A stretch of DNA of 64,000 bases. Source: Catajapyx aquilonaris. Its lineage: Eukaryota. This document shows, in pieces, positions 41,791 through 55,292 of this stretch. The first letter of the stretch is position 1, and every line of letters begins with the position of its first letter. The notes beneath the pieces were generated by a model, which saw only the letters and a list, made by a program, of their open reading frames with translations, was not told where the DNA came from and searched no databases. The translations under genes were made by a program, and so were the position numbers. Where the stretch lies: the NCBI GenBank assembly GCA_000934665.2, contig KZ538524.1, forward strand, positions 1 through 64,000, written 5' to 3'.

Positions 41791-44700
41791 ACTTGTAACT
41801 TTTTTGCAATTTTTTCGCGAGCCGTTTCCATGGCTCGACTTGCCCAACATTGGTTGTCACCACCTCCTTTCGTGTCCTGCTCGTAAAACTTTACGTACCA
41901 GGACTGGGGTCCCCCCTCGATTTTTAATCCTCCTCATTATCGGACTAATTGAAAATGAATCATTGACAACGCCCGGGAATGGAAAACATGCCCTCTGCGA
42001 AAAACCATGCGTGTTTTTCGCTTCCTATTCACTCATTTAAATCCTGGTTGTCGAGGGGATATCCGGAACCCGGATCTCTACAGGGGATATTTCACATGGG
42101 GGGTCGATCCGTGTTGTCGTGACCTCTTCGACGCGACCTGTCGGTCCCACGTTTCAAAAGCAATCAGGGCACAACCCAGGTGGTGGTCAGCCCCTCTCCG
42201 TCCTCGCAAAAGAGAAGACCAATTGTCGACAGCTCCAGAATGTAACGCGGTGGGCACGCAAAGACCTCTGTATCTTTGACCTCCTTTGCAGCAGGTTCCA
42301 GACGTGGACGTGTAAACAACCCGGCAAGGTTTGGTACACAGCTCCTCCCCGACAAGCATGCAGGCTGGGTAAACATCCAGAGGATCGCTTCCTCCAGCCC
42401 GCGTTGCCGAATTTTAGGCCGCTAAACATGTTTGTTGCCAACCACACCGAGCCCTGCAGGTCGGTATACTAGACACTGCGCAGAACGCCCGTAATTCGGG
42501 CCTACTGCGCAGTACGCACTAGTAAGAAACTATACGCACGGGTACGCACTATTCAGAAATGCGCAGAACCGGCACAAAATCAGCTTGCTGCGCAGCAAAC
42601 CCATATTATCACACAATTTGAACGTTTCCCACACTATACGAGTCGAGTCTCACCTACCCTGCCGAATTTCCAGGCTCCCATATTTGTTTCTCCTGGCATA
42701 TTTTTCCTGCTCGGTTGTGTAAACTGTGTGTTGTTTGTTGTCAGGACAGAGCCGGGTTGCCACCTCTGGCGTCACACGCACTTTGGCAACCTTCCTCTTG
42801 TTTCTCCCGGCAACACATGGCCGCAGCTACCATGCCCCTGCAGCACATCATCACTTGTTTGCGCCTCTTCAGCCTTTCCCCGCGGCTCAGCTTATTTGTA
42901 AACAACTGTGGCCCTCCCCTGCGCCGCTACAAAACAAGTCTGCCCAATGACATGTACCCTCCACTACCACCCCTCGAGACACAATGGGACAAACAACTTT
43001 CATAAACAACCCTCGCTAAAAAAAAAAAAAAAACTAAACTAAAAAAATGTATCCTGGATTATCCCAAAACGCGTTTTAAGTATTGACGAATTCAGAATGT
43101 GCCTCTTCAAAGATGCCTCACAGCGATGTTGTGTTAATTACCCCCCTCCCTCTTCCCCCCAACCTCAAACCACTTCAGATAAACTTTTGGCGCTGGGGGA
43201 AGGCGGGGGGATGAGAAACACGAGCCTGATTTACCGGTGTCTTTCGCCTTGTAAAACGGCTGATGTCAAGGTCGAGTTACATTAACCGGAATAAAAGTGC
43301 CAGCCATTTTTTTTTACCTTAGTTTTCAGGTACAATTGAGCACTCGCTGTCGAGTACACGGTATGGAATTACACACACAAAAAATCTAGCCACAAGAACT
43401 CGATGATTATGTACAGTGCAGCAGTGTCAAAATTCATCAAGAGCGCATTCCAGATTTATATCCTGCTGCAATTGGTATGACCAAGGTTTTTTTTGTGTAA
43501 TTTCGGGAACCGTACTGACAAGAGTGGGCATATGTGGAGAGGGGAGGGAGAGAGAGAGAGTCCCATTGCTAAAATGAAACAAGTGTTGCATATCGGGCAG
43601 GTACAAATATGATTCACAGACTGTGCGTGTATGTGCGGAAAAATGTTGAGGGGTTGTGTAACCCGAGTCGGTTTCGTATAAATTGGGACCTGGAGAGAGG
43701 TAAAAAAAAATTTCAATAGTACTAAAATACAGCTCATGTTGAGTGATGCGGAACAAAAAGGGTTTGACCAAAATGATCCTAGGGTTTAAAGACGTTCAAG
43801 AAAACCTTGTTTAATTTAATGTATACACGCACCATGTACATACCCATTTTTTTAGAGTTAAAAAAAAACTGAAGAAAAAAAAGTGCGCCGCTCTCCTTTC
43901 TCTCAGCAACAGAAATTGGAACCCTCTCATCTAAAATGCCTGGGACTACAAGTACCGGGGGGTTGCAAAGTATAAAAACCTTTCCCCATATACCGCCCGA
44001 GAGTATATATAAGTTAGGGAAGGGTCCTCATGCTGAAAATTGAAATGATCCCCAGAACAAGCAAGCCCACTATAACACATGGCACATTAACATCTCCCCA
44101 TATATAGGCCTAACAAGCCATAATGAAGCATGGCACATTAGCATTCATTGTAATTTAACATGCACTGTGACCAAAGCGTAGAGTAGTTGGGTTGAGGGGA
44201 AAGCGGGGGTGGCGGGTGGGGGAGTGAGGAGGTTATTTTGGTCAACTGCTAAATAGCAGGAGTTTATATTGTTTCCATTTGTTTTCATGCTCACCCCCGT
44301 CAAAAAGCTATAAAGTAGGCTGGAGCTCGGGACAAGGGGACTATATAATATGTGGAAAAAAAAGCCCAGGACTCCGCCAACGCGCGTGATTTTCAAGCCG
44401 AGGCAATAATGAGTCGGGGAGGGAAACTAACTTGTTAATCCCAACCTCCTCTCTCCGGCAGCAGAAAACTCGCACTTTTTGCAGATATAGATATTCCTGG
44501 CACCTTTACAGAGATCCCCACCTCCCCCTGCACGCATTATCGAAAAAACGAATAAAAACAGAAACGTGGCTAAGGGGAGGGATATATCCCAAAAAACGAC
44601 TCTTTTGCTCCAACACTTCCCCGATTGTTGAGCCTGAAAAGCAGTGGACAAGTATTGAAATTACAATGTCGCTTTGTACCCCCAAAAAATGTGTATGTGG

Positions 44701-47700
44701 AACATATATCCGGAAATGGGTCAATCTGAACCGGTCGACAATATTTCGCAGAATAGTCGTTCCAGGCAGCTTAGGTGGGAAATTGAGTCTAAGATTTACG
44801 TCATTCTTCCTCTGAACTTCCATGGCAACATGAAAATAATACTGTAATAATACGCTAAACGAGCCCATCTCCTCCCTGCGGAAGAAAAATGAGGGCTGAC
44901 CCACCCACCATTGGATCCCTTAACTAGCTTCCAGAAAAATCATTCAGAAAACCTCAGAAAACGACACACACATGATGACCCTCAAAGATTCCAATCCGGG
45001 CCCCTAGAGAAGAAAGCCATAAAAAATGCTGCTTCCCAATATTCTCGTTTTACGATGTCCAAGAAAACCATAACCTTCCCCCTCAAGACCATGCAAATCT
45101 TTACATGTCCGCGGGTATTGGTTTCGTAAAACTGCTTTATAAAACTTTTTTAAAAATAAAGCAATTTTTTTTTCAAAAATAGCTGGTAAGCAGGACTATT
45201 GTGCGGCGACTTTTTGGCTCCTGTTATGGAGGGCACATTTCTGGAGAAAAAAAAGTTTAACGATAGGCAACAACTCACCGCTCCAACCGTAAGAAAAGGA
45301 GCCAAGAAATGCAGAATCGCCCGTTTCTACAATGCAAAAAAGACCAAAGTCGCTGAGGTGAGCCTGTCCCCCCTTCTTACGACCGCATTCATCTACCCAA
45401 GCAGTGGGAGGATTTTGTTTACACACAATCCTCCAACTGTGTGTCTCAAAAGTTTCGCGCAGTCGAATAATTTGTTGACTTTTATGCCAACAACAATCCG
45501 GATGAGACTTCATGGTCATATCTTCCAGTGATTTCGCGGGCCACATGCCACCGGGCTATTTGACCAGTGACTTCATTTCAAACGTCCGTGGCAGTTGGGG
45601 CCGTTGCGTAAACTGTAACTGCAAGGACTAGAGAGTAACCGCAACACTTTTTTAGAACTTTTTCATATATAATATAAAATCCATGGGGGTGGTAGGTAGG
45701 TAAGGGAGGGGGAGGTTTTGCAAGGCAGACGGACGACACTGGACTCTGCTTTGGACCCCTTTTGACATGGAAGCGCTCCGCAAAAATTCCTCCCACTCCA
45801 TTTCCCTGGCACAAAGGACCTTGCAACTCGAAACTTTCGGCGGACAAGGATGGTAAAAGTGCGTGGTCGTGGTAGAAAAAAATATATACTATAGAGAGAG
45901 AAGAGTAGGTTGCATATAGCCGTCAATGTCTTTGCTCGAATACCATTATTGTGAAGCCGTGATTACGGATGCAGCCTGAGGAGGACGTGCTTGTAAAGAC
46001 AATGTCCGACCAAAAAATGGGGCCACATTTAAAATGCAGGAGTATATTGAACGCTTGCGAACTGAAGACATCACTGTGGTATAAATAACCAAGTAGCCAA
46101 ACCTGTCCCACATTGTTCAGGTCAGTCATAACACGCGCCAATATTATTAATATTTTTGAGCGCTCCCATATCGATATGGCCATCTCCCAAAAAAAAAATA
46201 TTCCGGACTGTCCCCCGTAAATATATCCGGGGAATGGACCGGACCCGCCGAATAAAAAAATACACCCACGTAACTCCTGTCGGGAGGCCTGCATTCGGCA
46301 CCAGGGCGATAACAAGCTCCGGGCGAAGGGTGGGCATAATAAGATCCACCGTCTCAGCACCAGTCCGACTTATGACTGAAAACTGTCCCCAATTCCGTCC
46401 CCCTCAGATCTGCCGACGCCAGCACGTGATAAACTCCAGTTCCCTCAAGCCTTATGCGAGCATTTTTCACGATTTGCACGCCCCCCAGTACAAGTTACTA
46501 ATATTCATATTTTTATATTTAAAAGAAAATGTAGTCCCAATCATTTTTGAACGACATATATACATGGTATGTCGTATTTTTGGTTCAATTTGTGTCCAGC
46601 AACTCTCAAAATCCCAGCGAAATCCCCCCGTGCAGTCCTACGCGTCAATATCGTCCCCTAGCTATTGCCATCGCCAGCATCTGCAAATTCGCCCCCTTCT
46701 CCCCCCCCCTCTCTCGCTTTTTCTCCACGCCGCATCGCACGGATCGCAAAACCCGAGTTTACCGTGACCAGAGCGAATGAAAAATCAATCGCCCTGGACG
46801 CTCTAGCATCAGCCAATGGAAGGAAGGTCAGCCAAGAAAAACTTGCACCCCCCTCTATCTACCGATACTACAATTAAGTCACCTACCACGTGACCTCCAT
46901 GACGTCACTCGCTCTCAAGATGGCGGAAATGCGAAAAAAATACGTACGTTGCGACTGTTCTTGGCTTGGCTTGCCTGTAGTCTCTCGGACGTCAAAACCT
47001 TTTCCCCCAATTTTCCCAGGGTTTTCCTTCCTTCCTCCCCCCTCCAGTCTGCAGCCACTGAAAGATAGTTGAGGCCCGCTGCCGCAGCAAAAAGCTAATG
47101 CGCGCGGGTGCCAGGCATAAACAAACAAACAAGGAAAATCAATACCTCAGATCCGGCTGCTTTGGAAAACACAGGTGATGTGTCTCGTTGAATCCAAGGA
47201 GGGAAAGTTTACAGGCGTAAAACTCCCCTGCGCCAGTATTCGCGCAATGAAAAAAAAAAATCGCAATCTTTTAAAAAAAACATCCAATATCTACTATAAG
47301 ACTAGGGGGTGATGAAATCGAAAGAGACTGGTTTTAGACTTTTCGGCTTGGAGACAAATGCTCTTGTTTGGGTGGGGGACGGCTAAGGGTGGAAGGGGGG
47401 GCGAAATTGGGCGAAATCACAGTCGACCCAAAGTGGAGCAAAGCAAATGAATGGCGTATCAATCTCGCCCGCTTACATACATCTTGCTGATTTTTTTTTG
47501 TGTGTGCAGGGTTCTCTACAAGATGGCCTGGGTAACCCTTCCGCGAAATTGATTGCCATTTATTTTCCCTTCGCGGCTACAAAAAAACCCGGATTCTATC
47601 TGTAGGTCCGGATTACATGTGAGGCATGCATGCACCCCACATTTTTATTATACACGCACATGTTAAGTTCTCAGAAAATGCGTCGCATGTTCCGGCTTTT

Positions 47701-49909
47701 AAATATATTTTTTTTGCAAAAAAAATTGGCAAAACAAACATTGGAATATCATAACCTCCTTGAATAGGTTGCCCTCCTTTGTTTACCCAATGTAATTAAC
47801 GCTTCTTTTTTTCCCCTTCCCTCATAAGGAGTAGGTTCAGAAAAGGAAACTTGGTGCAAAAAAACGGGTCAATCAATCAAAGCCTCCCTCCTCGATGAAG
47901 GCTTATTAAAATGAAAGCGGACGCTACGTTGCCTCTCTTTTTTCCTCCATCTTTCTTTTTTCTCCTACGTTTCTGTTCCTTTTCCCCTGGAAAAAAAAGA
48001 ATGTTCCGTCTGGCACCAAGGTAAACAGTGCAGTTTGTGAATCCCCTCTGGGCGGCAAACTCCTCTCGCCAACACTACTGATACCAGAGGCAGGGCTTTC
48101 TAATGGGCGGAGCAATGGCCAACAAAAACCCCCCCTGTGAATGGATAGTGAATAATACAATAGGGAGGCAAGCTTACAACATCAACAAGCACACAAGTAC
48201 ACGAGAGGAAGCACCTCTTTTTTTTGTATGTTTGTTTCTTTTTTTTTAGCAACTTCAACGTACTTGTCCTGTGCTGGAGGTAAATGTGCTTGCCTAAAAA
48301 AGAGGCCTATAGACTTCCCAAGAGCTATTAGGCAAGTGTTTTTTTGATCCTTTGCAGGCGAGTGCAGAGGGCGAAATGTAAGGTGCAACGGAGCCCTAAG
48401 TGGTACCTTCGCAATAGGTTATTTTCTAAATAAATTCTCTAGAGGACCTGGGGAGATACGATCAACATTGAATCCGTATTTAAAAATAGTACACTCATTT
48501 CGGATGTAATTGAGTAAACACAAAGGCCGATCTATTTTTAAGCGGGGGCATTAAAAAATAAAAATAAATAAACAATGCGATCCGGATAGAAAGTATCAAT
48601 TTTCCATGGGCGAATAAACAGCAAGATATATTTTATTCCATTGCCTTTCTTTAACCGGGCAGGTAATCATTGCAACTATCCATACTTATATTTTGAATTC
48701 AATCATATACTTGTTAACTGGTAGCATGTGCAGAGTGTATAGAGCTGGAAAAAAAAATCGACGGGACACACTATTACTATTATTGTGCTGTTCCAATACC
48801 CACATCCGTCAAAGCTTCGAGGGGGAGGGTGGGGATGGAGATCGATGGAAATTTTTTTGATTCCATTCGACCATACCTATTATAAAGTCATAAGTCTGAA
48901 ATTAGCCTGTAATGGAACAGGTTTGCATGTTTGTTTCCATACCCAGTATATCCAATAGCTGCATTGCAAAAAAAAAAAAAGAATAGTAGGGGGGTGGAGG
49001 GGTAGTGTATTAATGGACAGAGACGAAACCGAGCATACGGATATACATTGGAAATGACATTTTCAATAATTAAACAACAGGCCCCAAGTCCTCATAAAAT
49101 CAATATCTGTCCCATGTCATATCGACAGTCTCCCCAAAAACTTAGTAATTATCACCTGATACATTTAGTCCATCAGGTAAATCCCCTCTCTATGCATTAA
49201 CGTGCTACAATTACGTCAACCCGTTGGTTTTCAGCAAAAAAAAAAATATTTTTTTTTTGCACAAAAAAACCTGCTGGCTGCAGACACTCCATGGGGTAGC
49301 ATCGGGTAGAGGGGGGGATGGAGGGGATGAAAATTGTACACGAACGCGAATCAGTAAGCAAATAATTGGATTAAAACAGTCGCATTATAGGAAAACTACC
49401 ATTGTCCATGACAGATCTTTCTGAATCATTCACGTTGAAGCCACCACTGGCATGGAAATGAACATAACAACCGCAATGTTCCTGCACAGTAATGACGTGC
49501 AGTATATAAACCTCCCTCCCAAACCCCCCCGCGCATATTCGGGGGGCCTGTGGCGGCATGCAATTGCAAGTAGTCTTACTGAGAGGGTATCATATAGTGT
49601 CGGGACAATTGCCAGATGGGTCGACTTAAGTCAGTGTGCCGCATCCAAGAATAGGAAGATGACGTGTTGTTTTGGTCACGGTGTTTCATTCATTGTTACG
49701 TAAATAGAGTCGGTACCTTGCAGGGTTGACAACAACCGGGCCGGAAAAAAATTTAGCAATGGGAAAAAAGCCATCTTGTTGGGGAAACATATCAATAAGC
49801 CAACAGGTCAGTAGCCGGCATGCAGGCGACTTGACAAATATATTTGTAACCAGACAAGGCCATGCACGACACAATCCCATTCCCCTGGACCTACGCATTC
49901 TCTCCTTAC

Positions 49910-49918
49910 CTTGACCAT
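49910..49918 (-). CDS. FoxP: Putative alternative start of FoxP: M-V-K coding end of a first exon
   Basis: The minus strand reads GAGAC ATG GTC AAG|GTAAGG. The Kozak context is good, the donor is strong, and there are in-frame stops upstream. Phase 0 joins it in frame to 28476, giving MVK-DAAMMDH. Confidence 0.55.
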
Positions 49919-50027
49919 GTCTCCAGAAAAGACCACCCCTACACGACACACACACTCACACCCGATTTCTCCTCATTTCACTCACGTAAACAACATCATC
50001 TCACGCACTGAGCTTCTCTGGTAAACA
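49910..50027 (-). promoter_or_regulatory. Candidate promoter and first exon: initiator TCAGT (+1 near 50009) flanked by two forkhead motifs
   Basis: Minus-strand CTCAGTG lies at 50012-50006, about 100 nt upstream of the AAG|GTAAGG donor. GTAAACA occurs at 49986-49992 and 50021-50027. Confidence 0.45.
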
Positions 50028-53000
50028 TAACACACGGCCTTTCCTCCAGGGGTGTTTCCAATGGACTGGGGGGGACTGGTATTTGTCTGCCATCCCTCTC
50101 CACCTTCCCTCCTCACCTTCACCATACCATCGCCCCAATGCCCAGAAATAGGGGCAAGGTGAGGAGGAGGAGGGGGGACATACAGAAAAAAAGGTGCAGT
50201 GGTTGGGAAGTAGAAAAAGGAATTATATGACCCTATAGTCAGCAGGAGGACCCTTTTTCTGGTAGCGGGCCACCAACCCCTGAGGTAACACAGGAGGGTG
50301 GGCTTCTCAACACTTCTTGGGCTCCTCCTACGTTGCTGCCAACCGCGAATTGTGCTACCAAGTCGCGCGTGCAATTGCACACAAAAAAATATGAGACATC
50401 AGTTTAAAATGGGAAGAAACTAAGTCCGCAAGACAAATATTTTTTATGAAATTGGTCAACAATGGCTTCCCCAGCTACTGTATCTCAAACCGGAACTGCC
50501 CAGTTTCCGGCTTCCCCCGGAAACCCTCAGCTTGGGCCCTGGTACATCCTCAAAAAGGTCTCCAGGTATACTCCCCTCCGTATAAAAAAACAGGTGAAAG
50601 ACCCAAAAAAAAATTCCCTGGGCAGATTCCTGAAAAACCAGTCTCCCGGACTTTTAAGCGTGTAAAAGTGAGGGACAGCAACAAAACCATCCAGTTCTTT
50701 TCTCTTCCCCCTCCTCCTTCCCCCTCCTTCCCTACCGCTCCTGTCCACCGGAGAAGACAGAAATAGGTCCATATATCTCAGGGATGCAACGAGGGGGCAA
50801 CCGAGCGTGACACGAGACCTCGGCAGTTGCAACATATACACTTCCTTTTGCTTTTCGGCCCCTTGCCTCCTGCATATACATCTTTTATGTCACGACTTGT
50901 AGCTGAGGGGGTTGGGAGAGAAGAGAGGGAAAGCCCCTAGTATTCAACGCCGTGGATGGGCATTTAGGTGGTATGGCCACCAAGATTTATGCGGTCCACC
51001 GCTAGGAGCGCACAGGTCGTAAGATAATTTTGGGCGAATACAGTACCGTCTTCAGGGAAAAAAAAATTACATCGTTGTCATAAAAAATAAATGTAGAGAT
51101 GAATATTTCATACGGCATTTAACATTAAAATAAATAATAAATAAATATTGCATTATACAATCAGTAATTAATGATATTCATAAATATACCGAATCATGGT
51201 TAATTTTTGAGGTACTTTACGTATACTGACAGGCTGTCCACAATTTGTACAATACTCCAATAATTTGCTTGTTTCTTTAGCGCAATAAACTTCGTTTTTA
51301 AAGTACTATATTGTTATTCGTTGGAACACATTTTTACCTGCGGTGTATGCAAAAAAGGATGATTGCACAGACACACACACAAAAAAACAATAGTAACTGT
51401 CATTACACTTTGTGCATGGCATTCTGATATTTTGTGCACCGCTTTTCTGCACACAAAATGTAATGGGCGTATTGCATGACTTTTTAGTGGCCAGACAAAT
51501 CAGGTGTTGATAACGCATGTAAAACACACGAACGCATTTAAAAAAATACATTTTGTTGAAAATAATAATCTGACCATGTTGAAAGAGAGAAATCAGTGTA
51601 ACAGTAATATCCATAAACAACACACAAAACAGGGACAAGATTTGGTCGTGCGGGCCATTTGATTCACTCTGCTTAATTATATTATTAATGGCGCAATGAA
51701 CAAACGCAAACGCTAACAAAACAAGTTGGGTGGCGTCACGTTGTTTCAAGTGCTCCCCCCCCCCCCCACTCCCCTGAAACAGAACCGATTAGATATAAAC
51801 ATAATCATAAACAAAATTTCAGCCCGATAGCCCAAATATTTATGAACCTCGACGCCGAACAAAATTTTCCGGCCAATTTTATAGCGCGCCCAGATCCCCG
51901 TGACTTTTTCACCGAATTATTAACCTAACCATAACATCGCGCGTCATTATTTTGCATAATTATTTCCACCCCACGTTTCGTTTTCGTCCAAATTAAATAA
52001 AGGATCCTGCTCGTCTAAGCGTATCGCCATTTTTTTTATTCCATCTAGCTCCCTCCATATACTGAAATCTGCAAATTAGTTTCATCCTATAAACACACTC
52101 TGCCACTGGCACGGAAAATGAGATTCGGCCGCAAAATAATTCGTAGTGCGGCAATATATGTGTGTATGTGTTTTTTTTTTCCTGGTGTGGCCAGTTTTCC
52201 AGCAAGCCCCATTCGGGCTGCCTCCCTTGGTGCGTTCAATTAGTAAGGATAAGAGATTATTTGCGCTGTCAATGTCACAGGCGATGCTGCAGATTGGCGC
52301 ACATGTAAACACAATAAATTGAATGAAAACAGTTCAAAATAATCCGCTCGCCCTCTGACCGCAGGAAAATTAGCCAGTTAGCCCCGGCACAGCAGGTGAG
52401 CTTTTCAGGTGACTGAAGCAGGTGACGGTATGAATATCAACCTCCCACCATATATATAGACCCCTCCTCCTCCTCCTCCCAAAGCCTTCAAGCCAGGCCG
52501 GGGCCCGCCATTCTGACAAATCTGTATGACCTCTGAAACAGGAAGTGGGCTTCAAAGAGTTGTTCCCCGCTTGATCTTCAAGGGAGTCTTTTCACACTTC
52601 TCACCTTAACGTTATGCAACAGCAGCCGTCATCAAACGGACCACGGGTGCATAACGAGAGAGACAAATCGTGGAGGGGGCACAACTGGACTATTTGCTCG
52701 CTGGTTTACGCCACCCAAGGGCGATTAAATGAATGGAAACACTCGGCTGGTGTGAAACTTTTGGGCGTGGTTGTACACGAAACACTAATGAGGAACTTGC
52801 ATATTAAATGCTTGGGAAGGCTTGTCTCGCTATTGGTCGAAGAATCCATTCACTCTTTTTAAGAATGGTAGCCACAATATTTTATGTAGACCTATCAATT
52901 TGATTTTATTCATTTCAAATTTATTGATTTCAATTACATATTTCATTGACATTTAATTTGTATATTTTAATTCAATTTCAATTTGTATATTTTCGTTCAA

Positions 53001-54311
53001 TTTCAACGTATATTTTCTTTCAGTTTTAGCTTTATTCGATTTTATAATTTTCCTGCTTTTACTGACTGGTAATTTTCCCCAATTGCATTGAATGTTATAC
53101 ACTTTAGTTCAATTCCATTTCTTAAATTGACAAATTTGTCCAAATTTCATTGAATTTGAATTCTATTATGTCACTGATTTCCAATTTTTTCTCTCATTTG
53201 TATTGACTCTTAAATATTCAACCCTTATTTATTGTCAAATAGTTTCATTTCTTGCAGCAGGATCAAGCTGCTAATATTAAATTAATAATAACCTCCTAGC
53301 TGACTTTGGGTGCACCCTGTGGGCCTGCAAATCTATTTATTCCAAAAGCATCTGCAGGTTGCAGATAAATCTGGATTTGCATTGCTTCTGCGTCCCTCTT
53401 TTTCAAAAAAAAAAAAAAACTCCTCGTTTCCAAGTAAAACTTCAGCTATTGCCGTTTCCACCGGGTTATTACAAAGACAGTTGCTTAAATAACGGAAGAA
53501 AAAAAAAGACGTGGGTTTTTTTTTAGGGGGGAGGGGGAGGATAGGAAAGGAAGAACCAGGGGTATGAGCGGGTGGAGAGATTTCAAACCTTAGCTATTAC
53601 TGCGGAACGTATTGTAAACTCCCGTGAGCCATTCAACTCTTGGAAATCTGTTGGGCGAGGGAATTGCTCCTCGAAAAGCTACATTACGGAAGCCTCAAGC
53701 AACCGGTTGCAACGTTTCTCCCTCCTCTTCCACCTAAAAACTTCTTCCATTTCCCTTCTTCTAGCCCGTGCCTTAAGTCACGACCCATCACTGAAACTTG
53801 AGAAGCGGCATCGACGTCAATACATGAATATATTTGAGAGAGCCGGGTTGTATCCCCCCAACTCCCTAGATCGGACCGATTCAAAGCTTGATCGCCACTG
53901 AAGTCGTGACAAAAGTTTTTTTATGTAAAGAAAACCAACTTTTGAAATCGCCCTGTTGTCTAGGCGTAAAAAATAGTCTTGATCCGTGTTATATGCTGTA
54001 TATACCCCCCTCTAGTTTTTTAGGATTGGAGCTACCGGATTGGCCCCGGATTATTTTCAAGCGCACGCAGAGACATGTTGATTCCATACCCTCACTACCC
54101 GCGCGTTTAATTCTAATTTCAGCGCGGATTTGGCTAATGTGTCCAGCTGGACTCTCTATCGCCAAGAGTCGATCCAATTATCGGAATAAATTAAATTTTT
54201 TAAAGTACTCGGCGGGCTTTGGGTATTTTTGTTGTCATGCTTTGTTTGAAACTTGCGGAGCTTCCCTCTCTCCCCATATTCCCCCCCTTCCACCAGCTCT
54301 CTGCCTGCTCC

Positions 54312-54351
54312 NNNNNNNNNNNNNNNNNNNNNNNNNNNNNNNNNNNNNNNN
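54312..54351. other. Assembly gap (N run) next to poly-C
   Basis: 40 Ns. Smaller N runs at 12966-12970 and 41263-41271, and single Ns elsewhere, also sit in or beside poly-C/G tracts. Confidence 0.95.
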
Positions 54352-55033
54352 CCCCCCCCCCCCCCACCATCCATAAGCCTATACGGATCAAGCTGTAAAT
54401 CCAATTTCGTCGGTAGTTGCGTTTCAGCAATACAGATTACAGATGTAACTGCAGCAGCGTGACATTGATGCAGTTCCGCGGACAATATGATTGCGGCATC
54501 ACGCCAGGCTTGACTTCATACCGGATTAAAAATGCTACGCAGACACAAAGGTGTCGTTCTCACCAATCGCGGAGGCCTTTTGGGGGATTGATGGCCGGGG
54601 ATGTATGTTGGTTACTAACAAAAAAAAAAAAGAAAAAAAAGAGGGGGGGATAGATATCGAGCGGGGGATTGTTAAGTGTATGACCCGGGGCTATGGCGCT
54701 TCCACGTATATTTATGCACAATAATGGGCCTGTAGCCGGTTTATGTCTAAGATGATGCGGGGCTGTTGCGATCGAATGGCCCACACCAGTCTGCGTTCTT
54801 TGCTGGTCACTTAAATCGCTTGTTTTGATGGTTTCCGACCGGGTTTTTATAGGACACTACAAGGCCGGATATTTAATGTACATGTTGCACACAACAGATG
54901 GCCGTTCGAAATTGGTCGGGTGGTCACTCCAGTCGCGCATGCGTGTTGGGGGGGTTCACCAGTGAGAATGCGCATGCGCAGCTGGAGTGACAAATCCATC
55001 ACCTCTCCCTCGATTCTGTCAAACGTCAGTTAA

Positions 55034-55292
55034 CTCGGGGACAGTGACGTGCCTGAATTTTAGGACCCCATGCCATATTTTAATTTTTATTAATTTTTAT
55101 ATAATACTTTTCAATGTATTGACTACATGCAATCATTCCTTGAACAATGCCTAAAATGATTGCTAATTCAAAATAAACATGCACTTCCCGTTATGTACTT
55201 TTTTTAAAATGGGAAACACTTCATTGTAATTGTCATGCAATGCATTTGAATTCCTTTGGGGTCCTAAAAGACCCCACGTCACGGTTCCAGGG
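55034..55292. mobile_element. piggyBac-like MITE, about 259 bp
   Basis: TTAA lies at both flanks (55030-55033 and 55293-55296). The imperfect TIRs are CTCGGGGACAGTGACGTG..TTTTAGGACCCCA and TGGGGTCCTAAAA..CACGTCACGGTTCCAGGG. The interior is AT-rich. Confidence 0.7.
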
